A stretch of 64,000 bases of DNA from contig OZ237762.1 of the NCBI GenBank assembly GCA_965178125.1, forward strand, positions 310,001 to 374,000, read 5' to 3'. Both the position numbers and the translations under genes were made by a program. The notes below the pieces were generated by a model. It made no database searches. It was not told the DNA's origin and was given only the letters and a program-made list of their open reading frames with translations. This document shows, piece by piece, positions 12,287 through 24,226 of the stretch; position 1 is the first letter of the stretch, and each line of letters begins with the position of its first letter. The DNA is from Bilabrum cf. latius. Lineage: Eukaryota.

Positions 12287-15200
12287 TCATTGGGGAACCA
12301 TATGCTGCAGCGCATGCCTCCGGTCGAGCAGCAGGCGCCGGGCGGCATCGCTCCGCACCTCGCCCCCCTTGCCGGTGGCACCCACCGGCGCCGCACTCGC
12401 GGTTACAACCGCCCTGGCTGCCCGGAGCGCCGCCTTTGCGTCGCCCAGAACCGCCGCCCCAGCCGCTGCCTCCCCGGTTGCAACCGCACCCACGTCAGCC
12501 ACACCCACCTCCCTCCCCACCAGGTGCAGCGCACGCCGCCGCACAAGTCTCGCACGATGCAGCAGGCCACTCCCGATCCCGATCCCGATCCCACTAGTGT
12601 CTCCGCTCGAGTCACCATACTGCTGTTCCCCGGAGCCAGAGGGCGTTTCCTCACCGGACAAAAAGGGCTCCGCGCTACGCAGATCCACGGAACGCATAGG
12701 CGCCGCGCAATCTGCGGAACCGATGAGCGACTCGGCGGCATGTCTCGCAGCCCGAGCAGCCGCCAGGCACTCGGCGTGGTGATGGGCCGCAGCGGCCCTC
12801 GCCGAACGTTCAGTGGCAGTCGTGGACGACCCGAAGATGCCCCCAGACGCCACCAGGGGAAGCAGTAGCGCCCTCGCCGAACGTTCACTAGATCGGGCCG
12901 CCGCGAACCGAAGCGTGTCCGTTGCGATGCTGGCAATCGCTCGACCGACCGAGGCTCTAGATTCTGGCTCCGAGTCGGCCGCCACCTCGGCCCCTTTGCC
13001 GCCCGCGAGCAGCGCCAGCTGAGCAGCGGCAGTGCCGGGGAGAGGCACCGTGTCCATGGCCACCGCTCTGGTTGCAGCGCACTGCAGCGCGCGCAGGCAC
13101 CCGCTCCGGTACGCCCTTTCCTCTGGCCTCCTGGGCTGGCAGTACTGGCTCTGCTCTTCTACGCAGCCCAGCACTGCAGTGCACTGCGCCAGAGCGTCCA
13201 GCACCTTCAAGCTGGCCTCCTCTGGGGCCAAGGGAACTGCGGCCACATTTGGAGACGCCGATGATGCCGATGATTTGGGGGCTGAGGCAGTACCAGAAGT
13301 TTCACTTCCTCCTGGCTTTGATCCGGAAGCCCCTGCTCCTGCTGTTACTGCTGCCTGCGGCTGCAAGCCGTCAGCTGCATCCGCCCCGGGCCCCACCGCT
13401 CCCGCCACCCAAGGCGCTGCCTGCAGACGGACCAGCGTGCAGACAATCGCCTCATCTCCCTCTCTTCCCAGAGAACAAGCCTAGGGGCCTTCAATGCTAC
13501 CCGAGGATACCGCAGGGCCACCCATTCCCGTGTTCCCTGTCTGCTTCCCTGCCTTGTTCTCCGGCTCCTCCCCCTGCAGCGCCACTCGGCACGCTTGCTC
13601 AATACAGCTCTTGACAGACTCCAGCAGCTGCCGGGCGTCGGGTGATGACCACGCACCACCATGCAATGCATCCAAGTCACCCTCTTCACTGGCGCCTTCT
13701 GCCGCAGCAAGGTGGAGCATGAGTTGGATCGCCCTGCCCTGCGACCACCTGTCCCCACTCCCGGTGCTGTCCGCTGAGCAGGTCCCTAGCATTCGTCCAT
13801 CGAGCGCGCCTCGTTGCCGCAGCAACCTCCAGCAAATTGCACCCACCTGTGCCGCAGCTGACCCAGCCTCCACCACGGCAGCATACGCACGAAACACGGC
13901 CCCGCACATCTCCGCCTTGAATCGGCCCCCCGGCGCCAACGGAGTCGTCGCCTTGGCCAGGCCCTGGGCCTCCTCTGCATCGTGTGCAGCGGGTTCCAGC
14001 AGCGCTGCAGCTGCCTCCACGGCTGCCCCCGCGCGCCCCTTGAGCACCACGCCGTCGGGGGCCTGGCCCCTGGTCCGCTCGCTGACCTGGCCGCCCGCCA
14101 CCGCGGCACACGCGTGCACAACCCCGTCAACAGCGAGGCGAGCATCGGCGGCCCGGCCCGCGAGGCACAGGACCTCGCGCAGCCACGCGACAGGGAACAA
14201 GCCAGCCCGTGCCTTTGCGACCATCTCGAGGGAGCACCTGCTTTCTTGTTCCCTGGCTGACCGGAGAAGCTCCCTCGCTTCATCCCGTACAGCCTCCGCC
14301 AAGGAACACAAAGACCTCATCCCCGCGCGGCCGGTGGTCGGCATGCCAGCAGCAGAAGCGTACCCAGCCCGTGTCGCGATGGGCCCGGGCAACAGAGGAC
14401 CTTCACTCTCCGAATGGCCCGACCCGCTGCCAGCACCTGCAGCTGCTGCTCCTTTCGCGGACCCGACCGCGACACTCGTCACAGTATCTGCCTTGAAATC
14501 GTCCTCCCCCACTGCGCCCATGGCCCACCAACCCGGCCATTTCCTCACCGGCGACCCCTTGCCCTTGCCCTTGCCTTGGCCTTTAGCCTTGGTATGATGA
14601 CCCCCGGTTCCTCGCCCGGAACTAAGGGGGCCTTGGTCAGCAGCACCGGCTGGCATCTCCACGTCTGACGCGTCCAGCCACTCGTCACACAGCGACTCCA
14701 TGCCCTTCTACACCCCGATGGCTTGGTCCCCTTCGCCACCCGCCTCGGTCCCGCTGTTCCTTGCGGACATCGCGGTGGCCTGAAGACCTGCCCACCGCCA
14801 GCGCCACACGCACATCTCCCAGGCACACTTGGCCACCGCCCCGGTGGTTGCAACCACGGCGGGCCCCGCGTGCAGCTGCATGGCCACGTCGGCCCCCAGC
14901 CGCAAGGAGCGGGGATCCAGCGCGCCAGCGGGGCCCATCACCCGGGCACCTGGGATTCGTTTCGCTGCCGCGCGCGTGGCCCGCACGAGGGCCACTTCCA
15001 GGGGCTTCAATTGTTCCCTCAAATCCCGGGCGCCCTGGCCGGCCCTCCGCACGTGCCCCCCCCGGCTTAGAGCGAGCAGGGCGGTGGCGGCCGTCCTGAG
15101 GCCCTGCACCTGGCGGATGACGTGCGGCCTGGACAAATCCACTCGAAGAAACTGGTGGAGGGCCTGTTCCATGAGGCGGGGGCGCACCGGCACCAGCGCC

Positions 15201-15670
15201 GGTATGCTCCGCGCGGCATCAAACGAGCCAGAGGGGCCTCCTGGGCTCGCGTCACCCGCCGCCCGGCTTCCAAGGAAGGCTAGAGCCGCTCGCGCCTGCA
15301 TGGCATACTGATGGGCAGACTCGAAGTTTTGCTCGTGCAGGAGTTGCTCTGCTGTCGCAACAAGCTCAGCTACAACTGCCCCTCTAGCCTCGCTCCATGC
15401 TGCCGACTGCATCAAGATACCGCGCATCAACGTATGCAGGACCCGCATGGACTTGTTTTCGTCGTTATTTCGTTTGGACTCAACGAACGACCCGTAGCCC
15501 AGCACAACTGGTTCGACCAGCGCAGACGATGCGGCTGACGAACCTAGCACGGATCGCAAGGGGGTTAGCATAGCTGATCGTGCGCTTGAGTCCCCATGGC
15601 GGCCTGCTAGCGTCCTCAGCTTATCTATGGACTCGATGAACAGTTGCGGGGGCTTGGAATCTTCCTCCAT
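12287..15670 (-). CDS. ~1127-aa Ala/Gly-rich helical protein, function unknown
   Basis: Three track ORFs in one frame joined by TAG at 14708 and 13481. Starts ATG 15670 and ends TGA. Confidence 0.75.
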
Positions 15671-15787
15671 GAGTCGTTACAGTGACGATAAAGTCATCGA
15701 TTTTTTGCCTGATTCGCACTCGTCACAGGACACCCGTTGTGTGCGCCGGGAGAACGGGAGCACAAAGCGGCCCTGCAATCCCACGCA

Positions 15788-17931
15788 ATGAGCAATCTTG
15801 CCTTGCTCGTAACAAGGAGTCTTTCTTTCTTGCCTTAGGAGCCGCAGCCGCTGTGTCTTCCGCCCGTGCCAGCTGGTTTTGTGGACGCGGCTTGCGTCGC
15901 ATCGTGCGCAGCGTTCATGCCCAGAGCGTTCGAGCCGGCTGGAAAGGCATACCATGTTGCGATGCTCGCGAAAGCTCGTGCGTTAGTGGGGAAAGCCAGC
16001 GGCAGCTCGGAGCCCAGTGGGCCAGCTTCCGGGGCTGGAGCTGACAACCCGAGACAACAGGTCTCGCGTGTCAAGGCGCCCAAGATCAAGGTGCCTACTC
16101 TGGAGCAGTGCGAGGAGGGTAATTTGTATGATATTCTTGGCCTGGGCGAGCAGGGTTGCGATGCGACCGAAGAGGAGATTCGCAGAAATTGTAAGAAACG
16201 TTTCGAACTGCAGTTGTCGTTGGAAGCTGCGTTTTTGCCCACTTGAGCGCGTCGCAGCAAATACCGCGTCGAAGTTATTTGGCACCCTAATGTTGATCAA
16301 GAATCTCCGCAGACCGCAAATTGATTCTCTTGATTCATCCTGACAAGGCGGGAGGCGGCTCTACGCCGAAAAAGGGTCGCAGCACCGACGACGATACGGA
16401 CCCGCGGTTTACCGCCGTGAGCAAGGCTTGGGACACGCTAAGTAACCCAGTTAAGCGTCGCGAATACGACTCACAGTTCGAGTTCGATGAAGACATCCCC
16501 TCGGGCAAGGAATCGCTCAAGACCGACGAGGCTTTCTTCGAGCTGTACGGACCCGTGTTTCGCCGCAATGCTCGCTTCAGCAAGACGACCCCAGTGCCTC
16601 GCCTGGGTGATGCAAGCACTACAATCGAAAAGGTACTCGCGTTCTACGATTTCTGGTACCGGTTCCAGTCCTGGCGCGAGATGCAGGGCGATGACGAGCA
16701 CAACCTGGACGAGGCCGACAACCGAGAGGAGCGAAGGTGGATGCAGCAGCAGAATGAGAAGCAGAGGCGCAAGCTCAGAGCGGCGGAAGGCAAGCGGGTG
16801 CTCCTGCTCGTGAAGCGAGCGCGCGCCAACGACCCCAGGGTGCAGCGGTACGAGGCGCAGCAAAAGGCCGACCAGGAAGCTGCCAAGGCCGCCAAGAAGG
16901 CCGAGGCAGCGGCAAAGGCAAAGGCGGAAGCCGATGCTAAGGCCGTTCAGGAAGAGGCCGCCAAGGTAGCAAAGGAGCAGGCAAAGGCCTCCAAGAAGGC
17001 GATGAAGGAGGCCAAGAGGATCGCCAGGAAGCGAGCGAGGTTCGCCCTCAAGCCGCTCCTAGCCCAGGGAACAATCGCGAGCTGCGACGTGGACGAATGG
17101 ATCCAGGCATTCACGGACATTGGGGAACTCTCGGCAGTGGCCGACAGGATGGGCAGCCCAGCCGACCCTGACAAGGCGAGCAAGGACCCCGAGGCACCTG
17201 CTCGGCTGGACCTGGAGCAGGTGCTCCGCGTGTACATGCAGGAGCTGGAGGGCATGAAGAAGGAGGAGGCGGCTGCGGTGGAGAGGCAGAAGGAGCGCAT
17301 CCAGGCGGCCGCGGGGGGTGCGGCAGGTGCTGGCAAGAGGGGGGGCGCGCAGATGCCTTGGACCGCGCAGGAGCTTGCGCTGCTCGCTAAGGGGGTGGTC
17401 AAGTTCCCCGCGGGGACCAAGGCCAGGTGGCAGCTCATTGCCGAGTACGTCAACTCGGCGAGGCTGCCATCGCATACCCGGAACAAGGAGGAGTGCATCG
17501 CGCGGGCGATGAGTGTGACGAGTGCCGACAAGGCCGCGCCAGTGGCCGTACCCGCCGCCGCGGCTGCCGCCCCCAAGGAGGAGGAGGAGAAGGCGGGCAG
17601 CTCTAGCGGTGCAGCCACCGGTGGTGCGGCGGCTGCGGGGGCCAAGTCGAAGGGCGCAGATGGCGGGTCACCAGGCAAGGGGAAGGGCGGTAAGGGCAAG
17701 TCGGGGGACAAGAAGAAGAAGGAGAAAGAGGGGGCGGGCGTGTGGACGAGCGAGCAGCAGAAGGCCATGCTGGCGGCCCTGAAGAAGTATCCCGCGACGA
17801 TGGACAAGAACGAGCGGTGGGCCTCGATCGCAGGCGAGGTGGAGGGCAAGAGCAAGAAGGACTGCTTCGCGAGGTTTAAGGAAATCAGGGCAGAGCTCAA
17901 GAAGCAGAGGGAAGGAAAGGCTGCCAAGTAA
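15788..17931 (+). CDS. DNAJC2: DnaJ homolog subfamily C member 2 (zuotin/MPP11) with two SANT/Myb domains; intron 16191-16312
   Basis: EPAG motif, J domain LYDILGL..RRNY|RKLILLIHPDK, FYDFWYRFQSWRE zuotin domain, and WT..ELALL / WT.EQQK SANT repeats. Ends TAA. The start needs TAG 15836 as sense or a 30-nt intron, so it is uncertain. Confidence 0.93.
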
Positions 17932-18003
17932 TTGTTCACGGGATACGCACCTTTGATTTACTCCATTCGTGTCTCGCCATGCATGTTGTGGTCAAGCCCG
18001 TGT

Positions 18004-18023
18004 TCCGGAATCCGGATTCCGGA
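18004..18023. repeat. Perfect 20-bp intergenic palindrome TCCGGAATCCGGATTCCGGA
   Basis: Self-reverse-complementary; three TCCGGA units at 7-bp spacing. Confidence 0.9.
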
Positions 18024-18193
18024 GGTAGTTTCGAGTGGTAGCGAATAGTTTCACAGCAAAAATCAGATGAAGCCGGCGTGCTTGCAAAACCGAGTAGCGC
18101 CCAGCTTGTTCGGCTATTGGAAATTTCGGGGCGCTAATCCATTGATCAAATCCTTTCAAACGAGCTTCGCGCGCCAAAAGCCTCCCAGCGAGA

Positions 18194-19507
18194 ATGGCGG
18201 CAGCAGGTTACACCCATCTTCGCACCGCCTGCATGCTGGGACTGGTTGTATTGATAGCCTCTGCACCAACCACAACTCGCGGCGCAAAGATGAGCTGGAG
18301 ATGTCAAGTCTGTTAGGACTCAGTGAAAGCGGTCCGGGCTATCGTCGAGGATCTCGTAGCGCCCACATCATCGAACAGCGAAAAGTCGGACGCGGCTTCG
18401 CTGCTGCCGCAGTACGGCTGCTCACAGTTTCAGGGCCCCATGCGTCAGCTCTGCCAAGCAATGCGATAGAATTTCATAGATGACTCATCGCGGGCGCTGC
18501 AGCTGCAGCAGGCTGTTCTGGACAACGGTGTATTCCCGGAAAACGAGGCTCCGCATGCCGAAACAAACTTGAAGGAAGACCGCCTGAGCGAAATCGTCAG
18601 CGGAATCAGCGCCAGGCATCCCGCCCGTGCATACCACATTTGCCACAAGGCCGGCGAGTGCGCGGAGCGGCCTCACACGGACTGCGCCAAGTAGCTCATG
18701 GCACCGAGCTGCTCGCGGCCGGGCAACTGCGGGCGAGCGAGCGCCGAGTGCTCGCCCCGGTGCCAGGTGTGCGCATGGCTGGTGCGCACGTGGCCCAAGT
18801 TCATGCCGGATACTCTGTGCGGGGACCAGGTCGCGCTGCAAGTGGAGACCCAGGGAGGGCAAGGCGGAGGCGGAGGCGACGAGCGGAAGGGACTCGGGTT
18901 CGTGCAGGAGCAGGCTGCAAGCGGCAGCGGCAGTGGCGGCGAGAGCGAGAGCGGGGGAGGATCTAGCGCAGATGGTCCGAAGGGGACGGGTGCATAGGGC
19001 GGGGGCAAAGGAACCACAGGAGGAAAGGGTGCCTAGGGCGGGGGCAAAGGAACCACAGGAGGAAAGGGTGCCTAGGGCGGAGGGGCTGCAGCTGACCCTG
19101 CCTCCAGCCAGAAGGCGTACGACGACTGGTCCACAAGCGCGGTACGGGAGGCTGGGATGGGATCCCCCCCTTTGGCCACCAGGGATTTCAGCATCACGGG
19201 GTTGGGTGGCAAAAGTCAGAGCCCAGGGGCGGGCAAGTTGGCGCAGCACTGCCACCACATGGCGTGGGCGAGCATGGACCTCCCCTCTGCGAGCGGGATG
19301 GTGCTGGGGCAGTCGGCTTCGCTGGGACCCTGGCCGTGGAGCTCGGGCATGGTGTGCGCGTGCATGGGGAGGTGTGCCTACGACTCCATGGATGGGTTGG
19401 CCGTGGAGGAGGCGTGCCCTTCCGCGCTGGCCACGCTTGGGAGGCAGCTGCAGAAGATCAGGGAGCCGGATTCGGCGGTGAGAGGAATGGAGCCAGAGGG
19501 AGGCTAA
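18194..19507 (+). CDS. Secreted Cys-rich protein with two saposin-B-like cysteine patterns
   Basis: Signal-like MAAAGY..MLGLVVLIAS, then CQVC*DSVKAV..GC..QLC..ICHKAGEC and CQVCAWLV..LC..HC..VCACMGRC. Six in-frame TAGs (18314, 18467, 18692, 18995, 19034, 19073). Ends TAA. Not visible as one ORF under the standard code. Confidence 0.7.
18988..19080 (+). repeat. 39-bp coding tandem repeat (GA*GGGKGTTGGK), ~2.4 copies, each containing an in-frame TAG
   Basis: GGGTGCMTAGGGCGGGGGCAAAGGAACCACAGGAGGAAA units. Confidence 0.9.
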
Positions 19508-19661
19508 TTTGTTAAGGTGCGATCCAAGGAGTAAGGTAAAGAACCTGACTACAATGCAGAACAATCAAAAGTGTGCACGATTTTCAATTTTCAATTTTGG
19601 AAGAAGAAGATAATCAAAGTGGCTCCATAGATATATTCTACTCACAGTGACGTCTACTAGT

Positions 19662-21554
19662 ATGCAGGCGTTCAACAAGGAAGGCAGAGAAATTCCGTGG
19701 AGATAGGGAATGTATGTGTACCCAGAGATGGCTTATTTTGATGAGCTTTCGCCCATCCAGCAGGAGGATTTGGTTGATCTTAACGTAAGCATTGTCTTCG
19801 ATTCAACCTTAAAGCATGAAGATGTTTGCCGACGGCTAGAATGGATACAATATATGGCATCTATTAGTGTTGATTGTGCTGACGAGCCGGAAACCAAGAC
19901 TCTTGAAGCCATTCTGCAAAGATTGGCTGAGCAAACGAGCACCACAACTAGGATTGAGCTGAGCGAGGCGGCAATCCGTCTATTGAGCACCAAGAAAGCA
20001 ATGCGTACTTTCGCATCAGTTCTACGAAAGAATCCAGTTTTAGATATGCTGTGCCTGCCGAGCGGACCGCCAGACGGGTCAGAATGGGATGTGGACGAGC
20101 ACTTGCTTGAGGCTGTAGGAGCGTGCACCTAGTTGAGACAAGTGCGGGTCTACGATGTATGCAGCCTCAACCCATATCAAGAGACGATCAGTAGAACCCT
20201 GGGTAGCGTTGAGTTTGTTGGATCACTTCACGTAACTGGAAGAAGAGCAGGGGCCTTTGCAGCAAGAGTCCTGCAGTGGAGCGGTAGTCTCGAGAGCATC
20301 TTCGTTAGCCATGGATAGGAACCGCGAAGCATTCAGAACGACAAAATCTTCTGGAGTGCAGTGCCACGATGCTTGACTCTGAAACGCATTCGGTGTAGCC
20401 CCCCGCTGTCAGCGTCTTCGGCAGTTGAGGAGATGCTGTCGAGTGCCCTTAGGCAACATGCTGGGGTGGAGGAGTTGCTGCTAGATGATGACCAGCAAGG
20501 AGCGGCAAAGCAGAGCGTGCAATGCTTTTAGGCCATCACAAAGGGACTTGCTATGAATCCGTGCAGCAGTCTACGAGTGCTACGAGTCTCGGCCGAATCT
20601 GTCGCAAGCGGCGACGAGGAGTACCTCCGGCTGCTTCTGCAGCAGGATTTGCACTGCCTGAGAGTGCTTGATCTGCACAACGTCCAGATGGACGGTTTCA
20701 ATATGGTGCCACTGTTTGAAGGCCTACAAGCTCCTCGCTGCCAGCTCGAAACGCTGCGGCTGTGCAGGGTGAAGATTTCGAGGCCTTCGGCAGCCGCTCT
20801 GCAGGACGCGCTTCGAATCAACCGCAAACTCAAGAAACTCGCGATTGTCGAGTGCGATGTTGATGGAGATAGTGTAGACCAAATTTGCGCTGGGATGACC
20901 GAGAACTTGGGTTTGGAGCAGCTCATTTGCGTGGGAACAGGGTCACGTGGATGGGGGGGTCGCCTGGGCCCAGCGCTGCGGAAGAACGACACATTGCGAA
21001 GGCTAGTACTGCCAGGGTTTATAAAAGCAGCGAGCTACGCTGACAGTCTGCGGGACATACTTGTAGAGAACATGGGACTAGAGCAAATCGAAGGTGAAGC
21101 CTTTGAAGCTTATTAGGACGATTCTGTGCAGTACCTGCGTCACAGGCCTGGGCTACGCTACGTCTCGATGAGCGGTGATGATGGTTTCAGCTTGGATCCT
21201 GGCGACTGGACTCGTGCTCACACTGCGATATCAGGCCTTCAATGCTTGCAGATTGCCAAGTTATGGGCCACAAGGCCCGATGATACTGACTGGTACCAGG
21301 CGGAGCAAGAGCCATGGCGTTCTGAGGATGAGGACGCCGACCCCGTCATCAAGAACACAGCTCCTGGGCTTACCATTCGATTCATGGACATTGAAAATAA
21401 AGAATTGGAGTACATCGGTGAGGTTTCTCACCCCCGTGCCAAGGTGGTGGCAACTGCCCGCAAGTGGCTGGCGCAGCACCCCAGGCCGGAGAGAGCCGCC
21501 TCCCTCCTCCGACTGCTGGCCAACGAGAAGGCCGCGGAACTAGACGCAGCATGA
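19662..21554 (+). CDS. RNI-like leucine-rich-repeat protein, ~630 aa, apparently intronless
   Basis: LRVLDLHN, LETLRL, ALRINRKLKKLAI, ENLGLEQL and LRKNDTLRRLVL motifs. One frame with five TAGs (19704, 20130, 20316, 20529, 21114). Ends TGA. Confidence 0.8.
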
Positions 21555-22129
21555 GTCTGCAAGTACGCCGCAGCTGCACTCAAGCAGCATGGGGCGACAA
21601 GGAGCCCGAGGACTGCCTCCTCGTGGCCTCTGCCGTGGTGGACGGCATGCGGGACCGCAAGCTGGACGAGGACCCAGAGGTCGAGCAGTTCCCTGACGAG
21701 TGCGCCGTGGTGGATTTCCTGCCCCCGAGCGCCACGGCTGGGTCCGGTCTGTGGCAGGCTGCGGAGGAGATTGTGACGGGCAGAGCGAACATCACTCGGG
21801 CCGGGCCGGGAGGCGAGTGGGCTGGTGCGGTGCATCGGTGCACGCAGGTGCTGCAGATGGAGGGCAGGAGGAGGAGGGGCAGGCTGGCCCTGTGGAGGCG
21901 GGCCGTGGCTGTGAAGAGAGATGCGGCGAGGGTGTTCGGGGCCGCGAGCAATGGCAGGCCCCTGGAGCTGAGCAAGCGGCTGCGGCTGGGTAAGCTGGCG
22001 GGCGAGCCCTCGACCAGAGGGCAGCTGTGCGTCGATGGGCAGCTTCGGACGGTGTCTGCCATGGAAGCGGCATGCCTCGGCGGGCACGGTAACTGCGAAG
22101 AAGTGCTGGAGCAAGTGGAATGGAGTTAA
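21551..22129 (+). CDS. 192-aa ORF whose ATG overlaps the LRR gene stop (ATGA); possibly the frameshifted C-terminus of that gene
   Basis: Open frame with GC-rich third positions typical of this genome's genes. Ends TAA. No recognisable domain. Confidence 0.45.
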   Translation: MSLQVRRSCTQAAWGDKEPEDCLLVASAVVDGMRDRKLDEDPEVEQFPDECAVVDFLPPSATAGSGLWQAAEEIVTGRANITRAGPGGEWAGAVHRCTQVLQMEGRRRRGRLALWRRAVAVKRDAARVFGAASNGRPLELSKRLRLGKLAGEPSTRGQLCVDGQLRTVSAMEAACLGGHGNCEEVLEQVEWS

Positions 22130-22267
22130 ATTGATGTTGCTGACCGTGATCCGAGCGGAGTGCGCCTGTTGCCAATTATTCTTCTTCTTCACTTTTTGCA
22201 AGCCAGCGGTTGCGACCGCCGCCGGCCTATCATTTGACCTTCACACTCTTTCTCGCCTTGTAGTGCG

Positions 22268-23958
22268 ATGGGATCAGATTCTGTCGGTAAATCGAGAAGA
22301 AATTCACATATAACTGGCGCTGGTGGCTGCGTTCGTGGCCCACCGCCGATTTGGGCGGCGCTGTAGACCTCGGACGAGTCCCCCGCGAAAGCACCGCGAC
22401 TGGTTCACAAGATCTGCTTCAACATCTGGCCCTTAATCGTTGTAGGGATCGCAGTGGCGCTTGCGTTTCTTCGTAATGTGCCGAAACCGCCACACGCAAC
22501 AAAGATTGGCCCAAAGCGCCTTCCGGCTGGTTCGGAAAGCCACGAGTGGTACTACCTCGACGAGGTGTTCGCAAACGAAACCATCAAGGAGCTTTACGGT
22601 CTCATCGAAGAGCATGGTACTTATCGTACTGCAGTGGATGATCGAACGAGCTCCGTGCAGCACATTGGCGAGGCCAGGCCGGTCGGCCCGGACGGCAACT
22701 GCCCGCACCCATTTTTAGTCAAGAACTTTGACGCTCCTTCCAACCAGACCCTGTGCGTGCTGCCGCAGCGCATCGATGTTGCCAGGCACCACCTCATGAC
22801 CGGCGGTCGCGGGGGCTACAAGGAGAAGTACGACCGGCTGGTCAGCCGCATGCTCACCTTCCTGTCGTACCACTTCGAAGAGGGCGTGGAGGACCCGAGG
22901 ATGAAGCCCCTCTTCGAGTCCAAGCAGTACCAGGAGAAGGCCGCCCTCGTCTGCCAGAACCGAACTCACTTCGACAACTTTCAGCTCAACATGGTGCTCG
23001 TCCTTCCCGGGCAGCAGCTGGGCTTCCACTGGGACGTGAGAGAGTGGCCGAATCTGCATACAGTGGCAAGCACATCGGCACGCAGTGCTGCTGGTGACAC
23101 GATCTGCCCGATGCGCCGCCACTGTCATGCTGACAGGCATAGATTGCTGCGAGCACACGCATATCCCCAAATCAATCGCACTCGTCACACCCTACTTCGT
23201 CGCGCGCTCCTCTCTCTCCGCAGGTGCCGTGGTTCTGGGGTGCCTCCCGCTGGACCCTGCCGCAGTGGCTGCTGGTGGTCATGGCCAACTCGAGGCTTTG
23301 GGAGGACAAGCAGCTGCCGCAGATCCAGGGGGTCTCGTGGCTGCACAACGACGGCTCCGTCAACAATACCAAGTCGGGAGCACGCTTCGTCTTTTACCCC
23401 GAGGGTGCAGCCCGCCCCGGCATCGCTGTGCCCTCCGCCTACAACAAGGCAGTGGTGGTAGATGGCTGCAAGGTGGCCCATGGCGTAGAACGCTACAAGC
23501 CGGCCGCTGACCTGCCCAAGCTGAGCAAGAAGGACCAGCACACTCTGGTGCACACGGGGGACCACCATTGGCAGCTCAGGACCAACGGTCAGACGCGCAA
23601 GGAGTATGACACGAAGGACTTCAGGCTGACTCTCGCCTGGCGCGCGCGGTGCTTTCAGGACGCGGAGGAACAGGCCGACTGGCGCAAGAGCATGGAGGAC
23701 GACCGCAAGATCGAGCTGAAGGACGTGCTGTCCACGCTCGAGGCTGACCTTAGGGACAGGGGACACCTGGCGGCGGGCAGCCCTCGACCGGCGCCGCTGC
23801 AGTTCGCCATGCTGCTGCTGGACGTGTACGGGTCGTACCCTGTGGATAACAGGCACAGCTCTGTGATCCCGTACAACTACTGCGTGCTGCCACGGATCGC
23901 ACCCGCGTGGGCCAGGGGCGCCCTTGACGCCCTGGTGACTCCGTTCTGCACCGAGTGA
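22268..23958 (+). CDS. Membrane-anchored putative 2OG-Fe(II) oxygenase-like protein; intron 23036-23223
   Basis: N-terminal hydrophobic segment, PGQQLGFHWD|VPWFWG (HxD), DGCKVAHGV (distal His) and RLTLAWR. GTGAG..CCGCAG intron. Ends TGA. Start uncertain because it needs TAG 22364. Confidence 0.65.
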
Positions 23959-24102
23959 CGGCAGTGCACTCAAGTGAATCCCGCGCGATCGCAAGGTCAG
24001 TGCGCAAAACCCGGCTTGGTGTACGTGTACACTGTACAGGCTATATCCTGGTCCAAATGGTGCATGATTTTATTTGTAATTCTACTGCAGACGGCGTGCA
24101 AC

Positions 24103-24124
24103 ATCCGGATTCCGGAATCCGGAT
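24103..24124. repeat. Perfect 22-bp intergenic palindrome ATCCGGATTCCGGAATCCGGAT
   Basis: Self-reverse-complementary; three TCCGGA units, located between two convergent genes. Confidence 0.9.
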
Positions 24125-24226
24125 CCGCAAGGGATCCGAAAAACGATTAGTTCAAGATAGGCCTTTGTACTGCAATTTCTCTCAAGCTGGCATCGTGCAA
24201 CGTTTACAGAGCGGGCATGGCCCGGA

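Noticed and set aside
18485-19564. 359-aa minus ORF and 284-aa plus ORF (18627-19481)
   Set aside because: Arg/Pro-rich off-frame shadows; the TAG-containing frame has a signal peptide and an ordered Cys pattern.
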